DNA of 64,000 nucleotides. Origin: an uncultured Candidatus Saccharibacteria bacterium (lineage in GTDB: Bacteria; Patescibacteriota; Minisyncoccia; Phycocordibacterales; Zambryskibacteraceae). The DNA is taken from assembly GCA_964383705.1 (NCBI GenBank), contig CAYLHJ010000003.1:361-64360 (forward strand), read 5' to 3'. Positions 61,400 to 64,000 of the stretch are shown one piece after another. Position 1 is the stretch's first letter; each line of letters begins with the position of its first letter. The notes beneath the pieces were generated by a model. The model ran no database searches and had not been told where the DNA came from. It saw only the letters and a program-made list of their open reading frames with translations. The position numbers were made by a program, and so were the translations under genes.

Positions 61400-61412
61400 C
61401 GGCTTTCAATTT
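61382..61412 (+). terminator. Intrinsic terminator GCCGTCAC-gcatgt-GTGACGGC followed by TTTCAATTT
   Basis: An 8-bp stem spanning the stop codon of 60644..61399, followed by a T-rich run. Confidence 0.5.
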
Positions 61413-61438
61413 GAAATTAAGTAATACAAATATTGCCT

Positions 61439-61963
61439 TTAAGGCTGAAACAAGTTTTCAGGCATAAAGCGCACACTTTTAACTACCGGGAATTGTTTTG
61501 CGGTCGCTTCAATTTGCGCCCACAAAATAGCAACTCTGCAAGAACCACCCCCTGTTTTGTTTTGGGGGTCGTCAAATATGAGCGTGGCAACTCCATCAGC
61601 AATATAGGCACTTTTAAGTGTGACACCAGAAAGCGGAAATTCACTTTCAATGCCTGATATCTTTTCTTCATCAGAAACATCACCCCGCAGAAGAAGTCTT
61701 ACAGCGTCCGCAAGTGGGGTTGTTGTTTTAGGAATAAATCGCTCGACGGCAACAAGTCCGTTCCTACTGCATTGCACTCCATCTGGACCTTGATCAAGAG
61801 TGGGATTATAAAGATGCAATTTGATGGGCACCTCGCTCTGATAAAAATTACCTTCCTCTGGGGCTGAAATCTGGGATATATAAAAATACCCAGTTGCTAA
61901 AATAAAAACAACAACAATTATTATCAGAGATTTTTTCATAAAATATTTATATAAATGTAGCAA
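61439..61963 (-). CDS. GerMN-domain-like lipoprotein or membrane-anchored protein
   Basis: N-terminal TM/signal. The C-terminal VATLIFDDPQNKTGGGSCRVAILWAQIEATAKQFPVVKSVRFMPE resembles the GerMN domain. Confidence 0.4.
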   Translation of the reverse strand: MLHLYKYFMKKSLIIIVVVFILATGYFYISQISAPEEGNFYQSEVPIKLHLYNPTLDQGPDGVQCSRNGLVAVERFIPKTTTPLADAVRLLLRGDVSDEEKISGIESEFPLSGVTLKSAYIADGVATLIFDDPQNKTGGGSCRVAILWAQIEATAKQFPVVKSVRFMPENLFQP

Positions 61964-61993
61964 ACAGACTCACGCAGATTTCTCTCAGAATCA

Positions 61994-62389
61994 CTAGTTG
62001 AAATTAACAACAAAATTATACATTCCCATAGCACAGAGTCCCTGAAGACGTTCTCCGGCCCCTGGCACGCCCACATTAATAACTTCTTCTCCTGTCTGAG
62101 CCAATACTTTTTGAAAACCGAGTGAGCGGATAACAAGCGACGCTGAACAATCATAAGTGCCATCCGTCTTCACGACCAATTTTGTCGGAATTCCCGCCTG
62201 AGCACTAGACACTTTTGGAAAATATCCACCCTTTGCCTTTACAGTAACATATTGAACTCCTTCTTTTATTTCGATATTTTGTGTTGCTTCATCCACTCCA
62301 TTATTATCTGATTTTGAGCCACCAAGAAAAATGAAGCCCATCCCTAAGACAAGAATAAATGTGACAATAATGGTCGCAGATTTATTCAT
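61994..62389 (-). CDS. Small secreted or membrane-anchored beta-sandwich protein, possibly cupredoxin-like metal-binding; hypothetical
   Basis: 131 aa with an N-terminal TM helix. Conserved Cys/Met residues (YDC...LCAMGMY). The gene is adjacent to copper-handling genes. Confidence 0.3.
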   Translation of the reverse strand: MNKSATIIVTFILVLGMGFIFLGGSKSDNNGVDEATQNIEIKEGVQYVTVKAKGGYFPKVSSAQAGIPTKLVVKTDGTYDCSASLVIRSLGFQKVLAQTGEEVINVGVPGAGERLQGLCAMGMYNFVVNFN

Positions 62390-62396
62390 AAAATGA

Positions 62397-63404
62397 TTAT
62401 ATGTTAAATAGAGGTTTAATAATTCCTAGTCCAGCAAGTCCAGCAAGAAGGGCGAACAACCCAAGACCGATTACAACTACTCCTGCTGATTTAAAAAACA
62501 AAGGAGCATGTTTGCTATGAGCAAATGATGCCGAGCCGAATGAAAGAAAAGCGAGCATTGGCAATGTTCCAAGCGAAAATGCAAACATAATTAAAAATCC
62601 AGACATAAAGCCGCCGCTTCCCAAGGCGGCGACTTGCATTGATTGTGTAAAACCGCAAGGCAAGAAAAATGTACCGAATCCGATAATGAGCGGAGTGAGC
62701 GTTTTATGCTCTATTTTTCTAAAAAAATCGAATATTCTAGAAGGTAGTGCGATTTTATTTTTCTCAAAAACTCCAGCTAAATTTAGCCCAAGCAACAACA
62801 TCACTATGGAAGCCAATAGTCCCAAGATTGCTGTAAATGTAAAATTTATGCCAATAGCACTGCCGAGCGCCCCCAAAACTCCGCCTAATATTGCGAAGCT
62901 GACCAACCTTCCTGTGTGAAAAAGAAAGAAAGCCTTAGTGTCACTTACATTATCCTGTGACACTTTTGCTGAAAGAGATAGGACCAAGCCTCCGACAATG
63001 GCGAGGCAACTTGATACTGAAGCTATAAGACCAATAATAAAACTTGTTACTGGTGTTGTTTGGCCACCTATACCAAGATTTAAAATTCCTGATTTTTGTA
63101 ATAGAAAAAATAAAATCAGAAACGCAAGCCCGATTGGCACTGCTTTCCAAATAACTTCGCTACTTTGTTTTTCCTTTGTAATCTTATCTACTGACAACGA
63201 ATAGCCGTGGGATTTTATCTTACTTGTAAGTGTTATGGCTAACTCTTCGATGTCTTGATCACTGTCAGTTTCAATATCGACAGTCTCATCTTTCAAATTA
63301 ACCCGCACATTCTTTACAAAACTCTCTCCACTTAAAACGTCTTCAATAAAAATTTTGCATGAAGCGCAGTGAGTACCAGAAACGTGGAATGTGTATTTTT
63401 TCAT
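62397..63404 (-). CDS. Heavy-metal-associated (HMA) domain fused to a CcdA/DsbD-like transmembrane thiol-disulfide transporter
   Basis: N-terminal HMA motif GTHCASC (GMxCxxC-like). The 6-TM core has a conserved Cys in two separate helices, as in CcdA. Confidence 0.65.
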   Translation of the reverse strand: MKKYTFHVSGTHCASCKIFIEDVLSGESFVKNVRVNLKDETVDIETDSDQDIEELAITLTSKIKSHGYSLSVDKITKEKQSSEVIWKAVPIGLAFLILFFLLQKSGILNLGIGGQTTPVTSFIIGLIASVSSCLAIVGGLVLSLSAKVSQDNVSDTKAFFLFHTGRLVSFAILGGVLGALGSAIGINFTFTAILGLLASIVMLLLGLNLAGVFEKNKIALPSRIFDFFRKIEHKTLTPLIIGFGTFFLPCGFTQSMQVAALGSGGFMSGFLIMFAFSLGTLPMLAFLSFGSASFAHSKHAPLFFKSAGVVVIGLGLFALLAGLAGLGIIKPLFNI

Positions 63405-63406
63405 AT

Positions 63407-64000
63407 TTATAATTTCTTGCTCTTAATTCGTAATGAATTTGATACAACTGATACGCTAGACATTGCCATCGCAAATCCAGCAAATACTGGATTCAGGAGC
63501 CATCCGAAAATTGGGTACAATACACCGGCCGCAAGCGGAATACCCACGATGTTGTAGATAAAAGCCCAGAAAAGATTCTGCTTAATTCCGCGCATAGTAA
63601 TCTTAGAAAGTTTGATAGCTTTTACAAGTTTTGATATATCTCCACCTAGAAGTGTAATACCAGCTGACTCTATCGCCACATCTGTTCCTGTCCCCATAGC
63701 AATGCCTACATCCGCCTGAGCAAGAGCGGGGGCATCGTTTACTCCATCACCAGCCATTGCCACCATCCGACCTTGTGACTGCAATTCTTTTATCTTTGCC
63801 AATTTATCTTGCGGCAAGACATGAGCGACCACATCATCGATGCCAACCATCGAAGCCATGTGCTTTGCGGCTTTTTCATCGTCGCCGGTAAGCATGACTA
63901 CTTTGATCCCCAGTTTATGGAGATTGGCAATCGCCTGTTTTGATTCAGGTTTTATTTCATCTGCCACCATGACAAAGCCGAGCACTTTTTCTTTTGTCGC
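63407..64000 (-). CDS. copA: Copper-translocating P1B-type ATPase, C-terminal part (gene continues beyond the window end)
   Basis: Hinge motif [35 protein letters not shown] and the final two TM helices. The N-terminal portion lies outside the window. Confidence 0.85.
   Translation of the reverse strand, partial: ATKEKVLGFVMVADEIKPESKQAIANLHKLGIKVVMLTGDDEKAAKHMASMVGIDDVVAHVLPQDKLAKIKELQSQGRMVAMAGDGVNDAPALAQADVGIAMGTGTDVAIESAGITLLGGDISKLVKAIKLSKITMRGIKQNLFWAFIYNIVGIPLAAGVLYPIFGWLLNPVFAGFAMAMSSVSVVSNSLRIKSKKL

Overview
This is a 64-kb, gene-dense bacterial chromosomal segment. It is AT-rich by eye (roughly 35-40% GC, not computed), and most genes lie on the minus strand. The gene content includes a LexA with a Gram-positive-type GAAC-N4-GTTC box, a minimal mraZ-rsmH-ftsL-ftsI-murF cell-division block, and two MreB paralogues. 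There are many secreted proteins with C-terminal TM anchors, degenerate PriA and CorA homologues, and no outer-membrane machinery. Together this suggests a small-genome monoderm lineage, possibly Patescibacteria/CPR-like; that is inference only. Recognisable genes are: lexA, a DsbA-like/VKOR pair, trhO, MarR plus a MacAB-like tripartite ABC efflux set, a DnaQ-like exonuclease, rpmA, rplI, ctpA, a CorA-like transporter, cysS, dnaB, recR, rplU, rmuC, yqeY, a VirD4/TraG-like soluble ATPase, an MGMT-domain protein, tRNA-Glu(CUC), murF, ftsI, ftsL, rsmH, mraZ, lysS, greA, mrdA, mreDCB, proS, rseP, frr, holB, a second mreB (mbl-like), a priA-like gene, def, fmt, hpf, a VanY-like M15 peptidase, a sugar transferase, an HMA-CcdA fusion and the 3' end of a copper P-type ATPase. 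Four things stand out. (1) A roughly 12-kb cell-surface island at 22.2-34.1 kb is entirely on the minus strand and abuts tRNA-Glu. It holds a cohesin-cohesin-dockerin trio and a WxL-locus-like triad in which the shared C-terminal domain carries Tyr at the two positions where the canonical Trp residues are expected. The WxL-like part is visibly GC-elevated. (2) Five GC-rich mini-cistrons encoding basic proteins of 43-95 aa are scattered through the AT-rich backbone, each with its own promoter-like sequence, consensus SD and intrinsic terminator. (3) A GC-elevated islet lies at 39.1-40.7 kb. (4) A GC-elevated islet at 59.3-61.4 kb holds a divergent pair: a Cys-cluster protein and a PD-(D/E)xK-motif protein. 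No CRISPR array, rRNA, integrase or transposase was recognised.
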